Below are positions 39,701 through 50,800 of a DNA stretch of 64,000 nt, one piece after another (position 1 is the first letter of the stretch; each line of letters begins with the position of its first letter). Source of the stretch: a virus. A model generated the notes under the pieces. The model was given only the letters and a program-made list of their open reading frames with translations. It did no database searches and was not told the origin of the DNA. The stretch spans positions 32,001-96,000 of IMG/VR virus record IMGVR_UViG_3300019850_000208; one strand, written 5' to 3'. A program made the position numbers and the translations under genes.

Positions 39701-40533
39701 CCACTTGTGCCAACTGACCAAGCTTCTGTCCCATATTTAAGATCTCCATTCCATACCATATTGGTCATAATATCGGCCAATTCTACTGCGCCGCCAAAAT
39801 TACCATCATTTTGGTCTATTAAATAGGTTTTTGGGGTTAACTCATTATCGATTAAATTCACATCTCTAAAGAACATTTGCAATTGTCTAATTCCAAATTG
39901 CATGTCAGAAGTCAAATTATCGAATTGAATAAATATCCTGGCATATTTTGTATCAGTTGGCCACTTTTCTATGTCACCTTGATAACTAGATTCTCCTGTT
40001 TTGTAGCGATATCCAGAAACATCAATCAATGCCTTGTTATTATATAATTGCCAGCTTAATATGTCAGGCCCTCCATAAGGAATTGCTTCATTGTTGATGC
40101 ACCACTTATCATAATCTACGCCTGATGGTCGGCCCTGTGGAATTTTGGTATTCAGATCAGTATAATTGACTGTTCCGACTGTAACCCTGTTACTGACAGT
40201 GTTATCGTTTATATTAAGAAGATTAATTATGAGAGAAAATTTACTACTTGGATTTATTTCTATAAAATCTTTGCTTAATAAAGTAAATGTGCCAATAATT
40301 CCAGTTATTAATATACTTCCATCATTCTGAATTTCTATATTATTTGTTGTCCCGCCAGTTAGTTCCCATTTATCGGGATCTAATATCGTATTAAGATCTA
40401 AATATCTATCCAGAGCATCATTAACATTAATGTCATAATGCATCAAGGCTTTATTTTCCAAGCCTATTGACATAACATGTCGCTGTCGATCTAATATTGA
40501 TTTAGAATGAGCTAAACTAACCTGACGCGCCAT
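36724..40533 (-). CDS. Large structural protein: CBM4/9-like plus LamG-like domains, with six VFxNG domains and four W-PV-type repeats inserted
   Basis: YTLSFYARS...VWIKNVKLEEG; FGKMDELRL; six NG motifs. Confidence 0.8.
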   Translation of the reverse strand: MARQVSLAHSKSILDRQRHVMSIGLENKALMHYDINVNDALDRYLDLNTILDPDKWELTGGTTNNIEIQNDGSILITGIIGTFTLLSKDFIEINPSSKFSLIINLLNINDNTVSNRVTVGTVNYTDLNTKIPQGRPSGVDYDKWCINNEAIPYGGPDILSWQLYNNKALIDVSGYRYKTGESSYQGDIEKWPTDTKYARIFIQFDNLTSDMQFGIRQLQMFFRDVNLIDNELTPKTYLIDQNDGNFGGAVELADIMTNMVWNGDLKYGTEAWSVGTSGNGSVIVEQDDDGSFKVYFDNIQNIKNIIQIDMPNGLSPDKNYTLSFYARSTAPIGFRRINVINPLTETVGWEADEITYLNNVWRKIVVNGISKTTATNSMDRLVITEPDLLEAETLFVYYNGILLKRGDDFTELNDNKIEFEFQPGANDIINILSKSTSSYDTTAYRITFNDPVLSGNKVQIRHFVDISTGAAISAAAEEMYKIVTPVNTIKTGNYVSDPTNRLHVFRNGQLLKETVDYNTTLETSVWRINFTYNLLADDIIKVIFWKNAVINRYEYEAGTGQTDFDLPTGITYVNDKQHLLVFQNGEMLSADDDYHELNDNTVSLIYAPSAGDNITIMVLGPNYEYSTDTWELASPETLFSFAVQEDENVFRMVLINGMAMSEDYASNVLDYVTNIFSAGNGFYYERYDYLPATAGQVTFNVPGGYDPEDDLYIYRNGLLMTEEDDYVTNHFSDSFQLILPAYHGELITTLRIIYISGTGPGTKQYVREDYIMDESITLYKTSQPYTEGDNSLIVFINGMLQRKGTTYDYVENSDNQTIDIKAPFSSGDKLTVMIAIPTVANTSFYLQETHYGYDVDSNSILDTQYTTNYVEDTTGTVWIKNVKLEEGPPSKDTYVSGKLQTTNLNYNIHTDEREGTLTFYIKPYAIDLIDIIDYQGEVTNYTALSGISAITGNVYRTVDTYEYWKYDGSSWIHIQGPTVLSFTYNTASQWYWTLCKIERDMNEENKFRAIIGQANDYTIITLPAMQTDAWTSISMTWSLLGVQWFQIEVPTQGDLPALSANEDGYVYKVKDTGDYWIWDGGHWAKKAPDGIYDKYTDLSALTVWEDGYVSVVTQEPKKYQATTYPTLAALGIAVAGHTSDQNGWVYKVTDPDPDEFYVWDWDFVSNSGKLRKINVNYYYQWQWNPVNQSGSWNQSNNFKIYINGGSDGTYTKTYRSVANSPEGFIINKNLFGKMDELRLDSINRDPREIMTWYKSDAPFYPKGFKSIIV

Positions 40534-40561
40534 CTTATTATTAATCTCCCATAGAATTTAT

Positions 40562-40855
40562 TTAAGCCGTGATCCTAATTATCCTTTTTTTTAGCTTGTT
40601 TAAGCCTGCCTTACTTACAACGGGAAGCAAGCTGAATAGATATCTGTCTTCATCATCCCATATTTTTATTGGGATTTGACGGTCGCTAAACGCCACCCTG
40701 TGTGTGTCACCATAATAGACTATAGTCAATGAACCAACCACCGCATCGTCTTTTTTTGTAATGAATATGTAGGACTCTAAGTCCAAACTTGCCCTGTTAT
40801 TTCGGAAAACCATCCCAACTTTGAGATCTTTGAATTTCATTAAACGATAACTCAT
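40562..40855 (-). CDS. Small hypothetical protein (KVG start, C-terminal KKRIIRI)
   Basis: TAATG overlap; fills the gap between paralogues. Confidence 0.6.
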   Translation of the reverse strand: MSYRLMKFKDLKVGMVFRNNRASLDLESYIFITKKDDAVVGSLTIVYYGDTHRVAFSDRQIPIKIWDDEDRYLFSLLPVVSKAGLNKLKKRIIRITA

Positions 40856-43572
40856 TAAATAATAACCTTCTTATAGCGCCAGTCGTAAATAATATCTGTT
40901 TCATACCAACTTTGGACTACCTGAGAATTGACATTTATGGCTGTTATTACTCCCGCTTCAGTTGTGGAATAATCAATATTCAATGATTGTAAAATGCCGC
41001 TGCTATTAATCATATTGTAAACATAATATGCATATTCATTGGTGAAATTGAATTTAAATTGCGTTGACACTATATCGTAAATATCATGTTCGATGCGTGC
41101 TGGACCATCAAGCTTGAATACTGTTACAAAATCACCATTTTCTCTTGGTGTATTAAATGTGATTGTGGAGCCACTAGCTTCATAATAATCTCTTGAAGCA
41201 TCACCGGTATACCTATTGCCCTCAATTTGCATCACGCCATTTGTAAAAACCATCAAATGCTCATGATCATTTGTATAGGCACCGATGTTAAATGTGCTTT
41301 GGCTCCCTGCACTTATATAATCATTTCTGTGAAATGTTAATGTATCTTCATTTATTACGACTATTTTTATTATGTCATTAATATGAACATCTGATACAAA
41401 ATGTACCGTTGTCTGTTCACCAGCGGATGAAACTGTGTAATCATTTGTCGGCCCTCTTTGCTGCAATATGCCATTTGCAAATACTAGAAGGTGATCATCT
41501 AAATTGACCGGAGGACTCATATCAATGGTAAAGTCTTTCATTAGTTTATTGGCCTGGAATATAAATTCAAACGCGCCAAGAACACTGCCATCCGGATCTA
41601 TGTGTAAAATGTCCAGGTAATCTCCCGCCTCCCTGGCCTGGATAAATCTTACAAATGATTGTAAAATATTTACACGCCCTGGCTCAATTCGCGTATTTTT
41701 TAGATAGGCATTTAACAGATCTTGAGTGGATGAGGTATAATCATAGGTGTTAATATTTAAAATGCCATTTGAAAATACTATCAAAGAATCTGATTGCAGA
41801 TGAACAGGATTCAGCTGAAAAGCCGCCTGCCCTTGAGTGGCCGTGAAGTCTTGGACTTCAAATTGATCACTTCCAGCAAATTTAAAAGCCGAGATTGTAT
41901 CTTCCGCTTCGCGAGGAGAATTAAAGGTAAAAGTCGTAGTATTAGTCTCTATATAATCCGAGCTAGCTCCTCTGGTCATGCATATGCCATTGCAGAACAC
42001 AAGCAGATGAGAACCATCTGCCGTATATACGGGCAGCGTAAAAACCGTCTGACTCGGAGTAGAGGTCCAATCATAACGAACTACATTAGCCCCCACAGAA
42101 TCTTGGATTATATATATTTGAACTACATCTCCCTGCCCCCTGGCACTATTGAATGAGACCGTAAATGGCGCCGGCGGTCCGGTTGCATTAACTATGGTAT
42201 AATCAGACGATTCTTTCTGTAAAACACCATTTGAGAATACCCAAACTTGATTATTGCTGTCGCTTGGTTCACCTATAGGAATATCAAAATTGTTTGTTGG
42301 CGCTCCAACCTGGAAGTTGAAATCTATTATATGCTGTGTTGATGGATTGTCATAAAATAATCCGGAGCCCGGATTGAAAGTTACAACTTTCACTTTATCA
42401 TTCAAATCCCTGGGCTCAAATAAGAAGATCGTAGTTATTTGATTAGATGATATCAGATTAGGATCTTTGCCAACATATAATTGTTTTGATTCGATATTAT
42501 TAACACTATCATCCAAATAGTATATAAGTTCAGATGTTGTCGTGCTACTGTCTCTCAATATATAATCCAAGTAAATAGATATCTTTCTTCCGGAGAATAT
42601 GCCTGTTACCATATGCCATTCATTTTCCGGCAGCAAATCAAGATCAAAACTGGCCCGGGCGAATGAACCATCAAATAGATGTACAGCAAATTCAATAACA
42701 CCTGCGGGACTTTTCCATAGCTTATATCCAGAAGTGGCGCAGCCAATAATGGTTTGTGCCAAACCAATATGATAATGTGTAAATTTCACCCATGTAGAAA
42801 TAGCTATTTGATCTTCTGGGAAGAATGCAGGATAGGTTTCAAAGTCCGAAAGTTTGAGATAGCCGTCTCCCCTGTTTCCGGATTGGTCATACCAGGCGCT
42901 AGCATGATTTCCGCTTTCCAGTTGTATGCCTGTTATGTCGATATAACCATCAAAATTTATGCTGAACTGAATAAATTGTGTTGTAGCCCCGCCTCCGGTT
43001 GTGAAACTAACTTCGCCCCGCGTCCAGCTATCCGTTAAATTAAACTCTTCATTATCTAAATATTTTCCATCGACAGTATCTTCAACTGTGACTTTCAATT
43101 TTCCAGTTTCGGTATTTGTCGCGGTTCGGTAATAAAAAGACAAAGTATATTCAGATAGTGGAGGCATGAAAGCGTAAGTGTCAGTTTTAAGAATAACGGC
43201 ATCAGTTATATCTTGATCACTCTGTAATCTCACCATATAGAAGGCTTGATTTGTTGGGCTATCTGCAACTAATGTTGTCGCAAAATCATTGGAAGTATTT
43301 GTGATGATATTCCAGCCACTCAAATCGGTAAATCTCGTATTGACACCATTAGATTCTAAAGAGTTCCGCGTATCCTCCTCGACAGCCAGGACATAACCAC
43401 CAGTTTTGTTCTCTAAGCCAACTAAACTATAAACACCATTCAGTGCTGGGTATTTTCCATCAGCGGATATTACATCGTGCCACGGATAAAAAATGGTAGT
43501 TGGATATACAGAAAGCACTTCTGAGCTTAAATTCAGATAGCTATCTTTATGTGCTGTAATTTCTCTTGGCAT
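40855..43572 (-). CDS. Structural protein: CBM-like plus LamG (PF13385-like) with two inserted VFxNG triplets
   Basis: YTLSFYYR..GIQLESG; IAISTWVK..EWHMVTG..ISIYLD. Confidence 0.8.
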   Translation of the reverse strand: MPREITAHKDSYLNLSSEVLSVYPTTIFYPWHDVISADGKYPALNGVYSLVGLENKTGGYVLAVEEDTRNSLESNGVNTRFTDLSGWNIITNTSNDFATTLVADSPTNQAFYMVRLQSDQDITDAVILKTDTYAFMPPLSEYTLSFYYRTATNTETGKLKVTVEDTVDGKYLDNEEFNLTDSWTRGEVSFTTGGGATTQFIQFSINFDGYIDITGIQLESGNHASAWYDQSGNRGDGYLKLSDFETYPAFFPEDQIAISTWVKFTHYHIGLAQTIIGCATSGYKLWKSPAGVIEFAVHLFDGSFARASFDLDLLPENEWHMVTGIFSGRKISIYLDYILRDSSTTTSELIYYLDDSVNNIESKQLYVGKDPNLISSNQITTIFLFEPRDLNDKVKVVTFNPGSGLFYDNPSTQHIIDFNFQVGAPTNNFDIPIGEPSDSNNQVWVFSNGVLQKESSDYTIVNATGPPAPFTVSFNSARGQGDVVQIYIIQDSVGANVVRYDWTSTPSQTVFTLPVYTADGSHLLVFCNGICMTRGASSDYIETNTTTFTFNSPREAEDTISAFKFAGSDQFEVQDFTATQGQAAFQLNPVHLQSDSLIVFSNGILNINTYDYTSSTQDLLNAYLKNTRIEPGRVNILQSFVRFIQAREAGDYLDILHIDPDGSVLGAFEFIFQANKLMKDFTIDMSPPVNLDDHLLVFANGILQQRGPTNDYTVSSAGEQTTVHFVSDVHINDIIKIVVINEDTLTFHRNDYISAGSQSTFNIGAYTNDHEHLMVFTNGVMQIEGNRYTGDASRDYYEASGSTITFNTPRENGDFVTVFKLDGPARIEHDIYDIVSTQFKFNFTNEYAYYVYNMINSSGILQSLNIDYSTTEAGVITAINVNSQVVQSWYETDIIYDWRYKKVII

Positions 43573-43574
43573 GC

Positions 43575-44822
43575 TTATACCTGTCCAACATAGTAATATG
43601 GATTATACAATGGCATTTCATTTATATATAAGTGCTCTATCAGCGCATCATCAAAAACTCTTGAACTGATTATAATATCATTGATATATCCATTAATGAA
43701 GTCTTCTTCGAACCATGTTCCGATATAGAATTGAGAAGATGCTCTGAATTGCAGCTTACGACTTTCAGTTATATCATCATCCTGAATTCCATTTATATAC
43801 AATTTGTAATTAATACCGTCATACGTCATCATTACATGAAACCATGCTCCTGTGCCGACATTATATGATGAGTTTATATTAAAAAGCTGATTTGTATGAT
43901 CTGCGCCCTGCACTATAATTTTGTTATTGTTTATGTTATCCGTAAATGCCACAAGTCTATAAAGTGCATTGTAATCATTACAGATGCTGAACAATGCATT
44001 TCTGGGCCCATCGAAATTTTTAATATAGAACCACCCACCTATTGTAAAACTATCCGGCGAAAAATAGGAATTGCTATAAGATAATATACCTTCATTTCTT
44101 GTTCCACTTGTCCAGGAAGTTGCAAATTCATGCAATTCTATTTGTGGATGAAATATAAGCAATTTAGTCGCATCTGCTGATGTTTCAATATGGAATTGTC
44201 TTATCTGCCCGCCAGAAGCCAGATCTGATGGTTTAATGGTATAAGGAGCTGATTCTACAAAGAACCAATTGCCGCCTGGAATGGTAATATAGTTATCATA
44301 ATTATGTCCTGTTTCCGTTGAGTATATTGAAAATCTAATAGCAGTCGCATCAGTACTAACCCAACATGATTGAACTATAGTATCGCCTGCTATAACACCA
44401 GAAATAAAATTTTGGCTATAACTTTTGGCAACCTGCGCCCCAAATCCATCATTGCGCAATGTTTTTTCTGTAGTTCCAGCGAAATTGGCAGGTTTATAAA
44501 TATCGTTCTCATCTATTGTGCCGCCCCCTGGTACCGTAGACCAGTTTGTGCCAAAATTAACAGTATCCAAAAATGCGCTATCGGTAATTTTATTGCTTGT
44601 TTCGGCTTCAATTGCCATTGAACTCTGCCCAAAGCGCCCAATACCAAAATACGGAGTAGTCACATTATTGCTGGGATACATCTCATGCCCTTTGCCATCA
44701 ACGGCGATGGCAGTTCCATCGCTGCTGAATAATAAATCATTCGGTTCGATAACAGTAGGATAGCCTTTTAAGATACCTAAAGTGTCTCTGTGTGCCAGTG
44801 TAACTCTAAATTTTTCTATCAT
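43575..44822 (-). CDS. CBM-like plus LamG structural protein (insert-free paralogue)
   Basis: FTIGGWFY..WFHVMMTYDG..KLYING..FYIG..GYINDIIIS. Confidence 0.85.
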   Translation of the reverse strand: MIEKFRVTLAHRDTLGILKGYPTVIEPNDLLFSSDGTAIAVDGKGHEMYPSNNVTTPYFGIGRFGQSSMAIEAETSNKITDSAFLDTVNFGTNWSTVPGGGTIDENDIYKPANFAGTTEKTLRNDGFGAQVAKSYSQNFISGVIAGDTIVQSCWVSTDATAIRFSIYSTETGHNYDNYITIPGGNWFFVESAPYTIKPSDLASGGQIRQFHIETSADATKLLIFHPQIELHEFATSWTSGTRNEGILSYSNSYFSPDSFTIGGWFYIKNFDGPRNALFSICNDYNALYRLVAFTDNINNNKIIVQGADHTNQLFNINSSYNVGTGAWFHVMMTYDGINYKLYINGIQDDDITESRKLQFRASSQFYIGTWFEEDFINGYINDIIISSRVFDDALIEHLYINEMPLYNPYYYVGQV

Positions 44823-44825
44823 ATC

Positions 44826-47800
44826 TTAACTCATCGTGATGCCGGATGTTATTGGAATTTGTTCGCTTATCGTGACAAATACAATAATTTTGCCATCATT
44901 AGGATCAATCCAATTGCTAGGATTAATATCATTTGTTGTTATCATGGTGTTTTCATCATCAAGTTTTACAACTAATGTGTTTGCATTGCTCAATACCGGA
45001 TCCCAATACACATGCCTTAATGGGCTTGAGGTTCCGATGCTCACAACCATACGCTCTTGTGGTATATTGAGATTATGATTAATACTTGCCTGTGTATGGC
45101 CCGGCGCGCCTGATACACGTCCATTAAATACTAATTTATAACTCTGCATATATCTGATGCCATTGGAGCTATTGTTATTATGTAGAGCAAATTCGGATAT
45201 AATAATCGGTGATGGTTCAACTGCGCCTGTGCCTGATTGATCCTTTGTTATTTTTACGCAATCTTGCGCTCCTTGATTGTCATTCAGATCTACTAAGGCT
45301 GATTCTATTACGTTTGCAACGAGAGGCGAGGCTGAGTTCGGCTCACTTTCATTTGTCAAATGAGCTTTTCGGAAATAGAGCTCCGCATTTTGATCGATTC
45401 TAAGTGTCTGCCATGTATCATTGTTCACAGAGAAATACACACTGTTAGCGTCCATTCCTGGCTCAATATGACCGCTCTTACTTAATTGAAGGTTATATTT
45501 CTGAACGCCTCCAATTTTGCCACTGAATACGGTTATTTCACTATTATCAACAATACTTTCTATGTAATTTGGTCTTACCGCATTCATTCTTAATGAACCT
45601 AGTGAACCTCCACTGTTATAAACTTGCAATTCTACATTGCTGTTTGGATCATTCTCAGTTCTCAATACCATACTATCAACAAGAGTGTCATTATTGATAT
45701 ATATACCATCCTGAGCGAAAACTTTGATTGCGCTTTTACCATTCTCAAATGTTATTGAAGCCTCTTTCGCTGGATTGGCGATAGGTGCGGCAATAATAAC
45801 TTTTCGTAATCTTAAATCCTGTGTTTCATGAGGAATTTCATAATTTGTCAAATCTATAGTGGTCTTCGCAAAGCTTTCATTTTGATGTTGAATGCTGGCA
45901 GAGGAAGCTCCCGATGTTATTACTTCTATATAGACTGTAATTTGATCAACTTCATTATTTTCATATATTATTCTAAATAATTGGTCGGTGTAAGAAGTGG
46001 TAATTTGAAATTCATTACTGTGATGCTCCACTTCAGTTAGGTCATGCAGTTGAGCTACAGTATATATCCTTGCATATAACGGAGTGGTTGAGCTTTTGAG
46101 TTGCAGTTGCAGTGTCCAGGTTCCTTCTGAATGCTGATACATAGGTGTCGGATTATTGTCCGATTTGGTTATTATAGTGTAAATTGAATTATCAATACCT
46201 GTGCCAGTGCCGGAATTAACACTCCAGGAGGCACCTGCAAGTACATTGTCACCATATAGTATATCAAATTTGCTAAGTTCAATTAAATCCCATTCATCAT
46301 TCACCTCATTCCATATAAATGATGAATCGTATGTCTCTTCATCCGGTTGTCTATAGGATTTAAGACCAGACTGAGCTGGACTTGATATATTTGGTATTCC
46401 TATCCAATTTCCGTCTTCATCAAATTCCTGTATTCTATTGACTTCAACTATATTGTCTTCAATGATCATCTTGCTAACATTGTTGATAACCTCGGTACCC
46501 ATTACATACAGATCCCCTTCAACAAACATATCATTAAGCCTCATGTCGGCATACGCTCCTGTGGTGCCATTTATAAGCTCTGTTTCATTACCGAGAGTTA
46601 TTATATTATCGAATACCGGAATATTATTCGCATCCAAAAATGGGAGTCTTTTGTTAATCCAAAGTTTGGCTTTGTCGTAGTTAATAGATGTATTTTCAAC
46701 TCTAAATTCTGATAAAAATCCCTCCGCTATAATTTCACGCCATGTAACGGTTTCGGTGGCCGGATTGTATGATTGTTTAAGCCAACCACCACCAATTTGA
46801 ATTTTTTCAGTTAAATTTTCAACAAAATTAGGATCGATAATTATTAATTTACTGATAGGATCTTGATCATCAAGAAAGAGCGTCATCAAGAACTGCCAGT
46901 TGTTAAATCCATCAGAGAATCTGGCTTCATCAGGATACATTTCATCCAATCGCTGCCATGTAATCAAAAATGTGTGAAATAACTGCAGATCTTCATTGTT
47001 ATCGTATTTTAATCTTGTTTTATTGTCTGTGCTGTTTGTATCAAGAGCATAGCTTCTATACTTGAAGTTTATATCGCCCTGTTGAATATTCATTTGGCGC
47101 GCATAAAATACAACTTTGAATGAGTTGTAGTAATTGCCACCTTCTGCTGGCCATCTAGGATAAGGATTTGTATCTGTGCCTAAATTATAAAAGTCATCTT
47201 TTGCTAAAGCTTCCTGCGTGTTGTAGTTTTTTGCATCATAAATAACCTGGAAGTAGTTTTCAGTGTCAGTTATGCTTCTGCTATCGAAGACAACAATACT
47301 CGAATTATCAACTTCATTTAAATTGTAACGCCATAGTGGTTTGAATTTAAAATACATAGAACCAGCCAGGCCATTTAATGGAACTGGATATGTAATTCTC
47401 TCGCCAATTCTCGCTGCACTCTGATAGAACTTAGTTGTATCTATTCCAGTTCTATAAAATCGTGAACCTGATAGATAGAGATTTAACTTGGCTTTATAAT
47501 TGCCAGCAAAGAAGTGCGTACCGCCTACATATCTAGGGTCTCCTCCGCCAAACTCATCTGACTCGTCCCAGCCAGATATGATTATCTCTATTCTTTTCGG
47601 TATTATAGCAGCTTCAGTGGTAACACTGATAAGATTCAATTTATCCTCTATTAGATCATCCGAGCTGCCTGTGTATGCTCTTGTTGTGCTGTAGTACTGC
47701 TCGCCTGTTGCCCCTTCCTCATCATAATATACTCTTAATTCAATATAACTTGATGAGCTGGCATTGTAAGCATTTTCCAAGAAATACCAGATATCAAATC

Positions 47801-50800
47801 TATAAATGTCTTTTGGCAATGTGGGATTACTGGAACTATCCAGGAAGCTTTGACTTATTGTCATATTTCTATTGATTTGCAAGGCATTCTTATTATCAAA
47901 CGCCACACCAGTACTTTTCGCACTTATTACATAAAGACCCCTTGGAATCCCAGGATTATCCGGTAGGCCATCTGCTCTCCACTTTCTGACGCCGTATTCA
48001 TCTACCAATGATAAGCCAAAGTAATCGGGTGTATATTCCCACCAGACCTTGAACTCAGATTCGCTGTCATAAAATTCCTGCTCATCAAACTCCCCTGGAA
48101 AATCTGCGAACTCGATCAAGTTCTCACTTGTTATTTCCTCGATAGTTGAATTTTGGACAGCACTTGTTGGATCGCCAGGAACTTTAGGCTCTGGAATAAA
48201 TTTGCCATTGGAAGACACAAAGCTTCTTGAAAATGGAAAATATGCTGCTGTGTCGGATTTAATACCAATGAAATAATCCCATAATTGCAGCTTAGTAATA
48301 TAATATCGTTTATCATAAATATCATTTAGGAAGTAATCTTGTTGACTCACATTCATTGTATACATTTTGATAGCTGCTGTTGTAGGTACATAGCCTTCCC
48401 ACACATGCTGTCTGGTTATGGTGCCACCGCTTCCTGATATAGCATCTTCGAGAGCTGTTTCATCAAATATAGATGGATTTGGTTCTTGAGGCGCGCCTTC
48501 TTCTGGCTCACCCATTGTAATAGATGTTACAAAGCCTTCTTCATCCCAATTCTCATTCAGCTGAATTATATCAACTCTTGGAATGCTAAATTTATAGCTT
48601 GAATAAATTGGATGTATTCTCTGATTCCTACTATAGGCTATTATATGAAACTTTTCAGTCCATACATGCGCAGAAATAAAATCGGTTACATAATCATATG
48701 GCTTCAAATTATATTTAATGCCGGTTATAGGGGTATTAAAATTGACATTGGTATCATCTATGCCTTTGAATATTTTAGTATAAATAAAATCGCAGAACAG
48801 CTCATAGTTAGCCTCCAACACACTTCCTGGAAGGTTAATTGTAGCAGTTCTATCTTCTATATTGAGGTCTTTATATCCTTCTTCAGACCCTGCTACTTCT
48901 TCATAGATTTTGAAGTATTTATACTCAATATATACTTGTTGATCTGGTTCAATTCTTCCATAACCGGTCATTTCGTATAGTGGATTTGGCTTCCTTTTTA
49001 TTTTACCATAGTTAGGGCTGTTAGGATCGTATTCTATTTCATAGTCTCTGCCCTCTATATAGTCTACTCTACTGTTAGGCGCATTCCTAACAAATACTGA
49101 GCCCTTTATAAGTCTTATTTTGTCTTTATTGACATCTTGTAATAATGCGTTTGAGATGAACGTATGCCATTGAGGTGAAGCCGGATCGGTAAGTTGGATA
49201 ATATTGTCTGATGCTGGAATTTTTATAATAGCTCTAAATGTCAATGGAACATTACTATCATCATAAAGAGATACATAATCGCTGGAGCTAGCTTCAACTT
49301 CTGAATGAACCTTAAATAATCTGGATTTACTGCCTGCCCACACCGTACCATGCGAATCTTGGAAGAAAGTAAAAAAATCGGTGCCATATGCTGTGTTATA
49401 AAGCATTAATTGGTCAATATAATATAATCCCTCATTGCTGGATAGATAATCTATTACATCCTCATCAATAGTGTTGGTTGAGTTTCCATCAACAGTATCT
49501 ATGCCGGAGTTAATACCACCATCAGGCCTTGATGGATATTCTTCATCAGCAGGAGCTCCTGGAGGGTATGTATATCCAGGCTCATCTTTCTGACCGCCAT
49601 ATTCGCCCTTTATGTCTCTTTCGCCGCCCAATATTATATGATCATTAAATGAAATCATATCGTTTATGGAGCATGCATGTTTAGATGGTGTAAAATCCGT
49701 TTCATCAATGCCGCCGGAATTAAATTCTTTTGCTACCGCACCTTCTTCAAATCTCGCGGCATCTATTCCTATATCAACTGCTGTTGTCGCTTCAACATAT
49801 ACCCTTGCCTGAACAATAGCAGTGCTAGAGAATGTTGCAGATACGCTATATCTGTTCCAGACATTCTGTGATGTAATAGATATTGTTGAGCTTTGGCTAT
49901 CTAGCACATTTATTCCGGTACCATCGAGGCCTTCTATGCCAAATGTCACACTGGCAGAGCTGGCGTTTAAATTATCCATATAGATGGAAAAAGTGAAAGT
50001 TTTGGATTCAATTGCTGTTATGCCCAATCCACCAGCTGGTGCATAATTCTGAAAGACTCTTAGGCTATTGGCCGCCGGATTGTGAATCTGGCCCTTGTAA
50101 AGATTAAATTTGCCATTTTCTGTCTTGGTAAATGTTCCACTGCCTAATTGAGTTGACCAATTGGTGGGTGGAACTCCAAGTTCGAAATCAGCATTTTTTA
50201 GAAGATTACCTATTTTCCATGTTGTACTCTCATAAAGATTAATTCTTTGATATGCAAAACTTTCGTGATCGCCCTCATTATTTCCATCAATTAATCTCCA
50301 CAGTTCATTATCGTCAACCGTATGATGGCCAAAATCATCATCCCAATCAGATGCAGATATCTCATTATCTAATTCAACGAGCATATAGATATTTGAATCC
50401 TGTTGAGATTTGTGTTTAATGAATTTTTTTATGGTGCAATAATTATTAGAGAAATCTGGCGCAAACTGTACATCGCCACTTCCATCAAGAACGAAGTTTG
50501 TATAATTATCATCATGATGGAATTCTCTTCCTGAATTGAAATCTCTATCGCCATAATAATAAATACCTTTATTCTGAGTGCCAATAATAAGAGTTTGGAC
50601 AAATCCAGCTCCATATTTGGAAACTTCGGTAAAAGCCGTAACTTTTGTAAATGAAATAGGTGGCGACTCTGTTCCAAGATCTTCGATTGTTACATTTGAA
50701 GGAATTCCACCAATGTGCTTTAAAAGTCTAAAGCCCTGATCCGTGCCAATCGCGAGCTGATTTGTAGCCTGCCATACATACAATGCATTTATGAATTGCA

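Noticed and set aside
37915-42444. Inteins as the explanation of the in-frame inserts
   Set aside because: No Cys/Ser start with His-Asn end and no LAGLIDADG motifs; the inserts consist of NG repeats.
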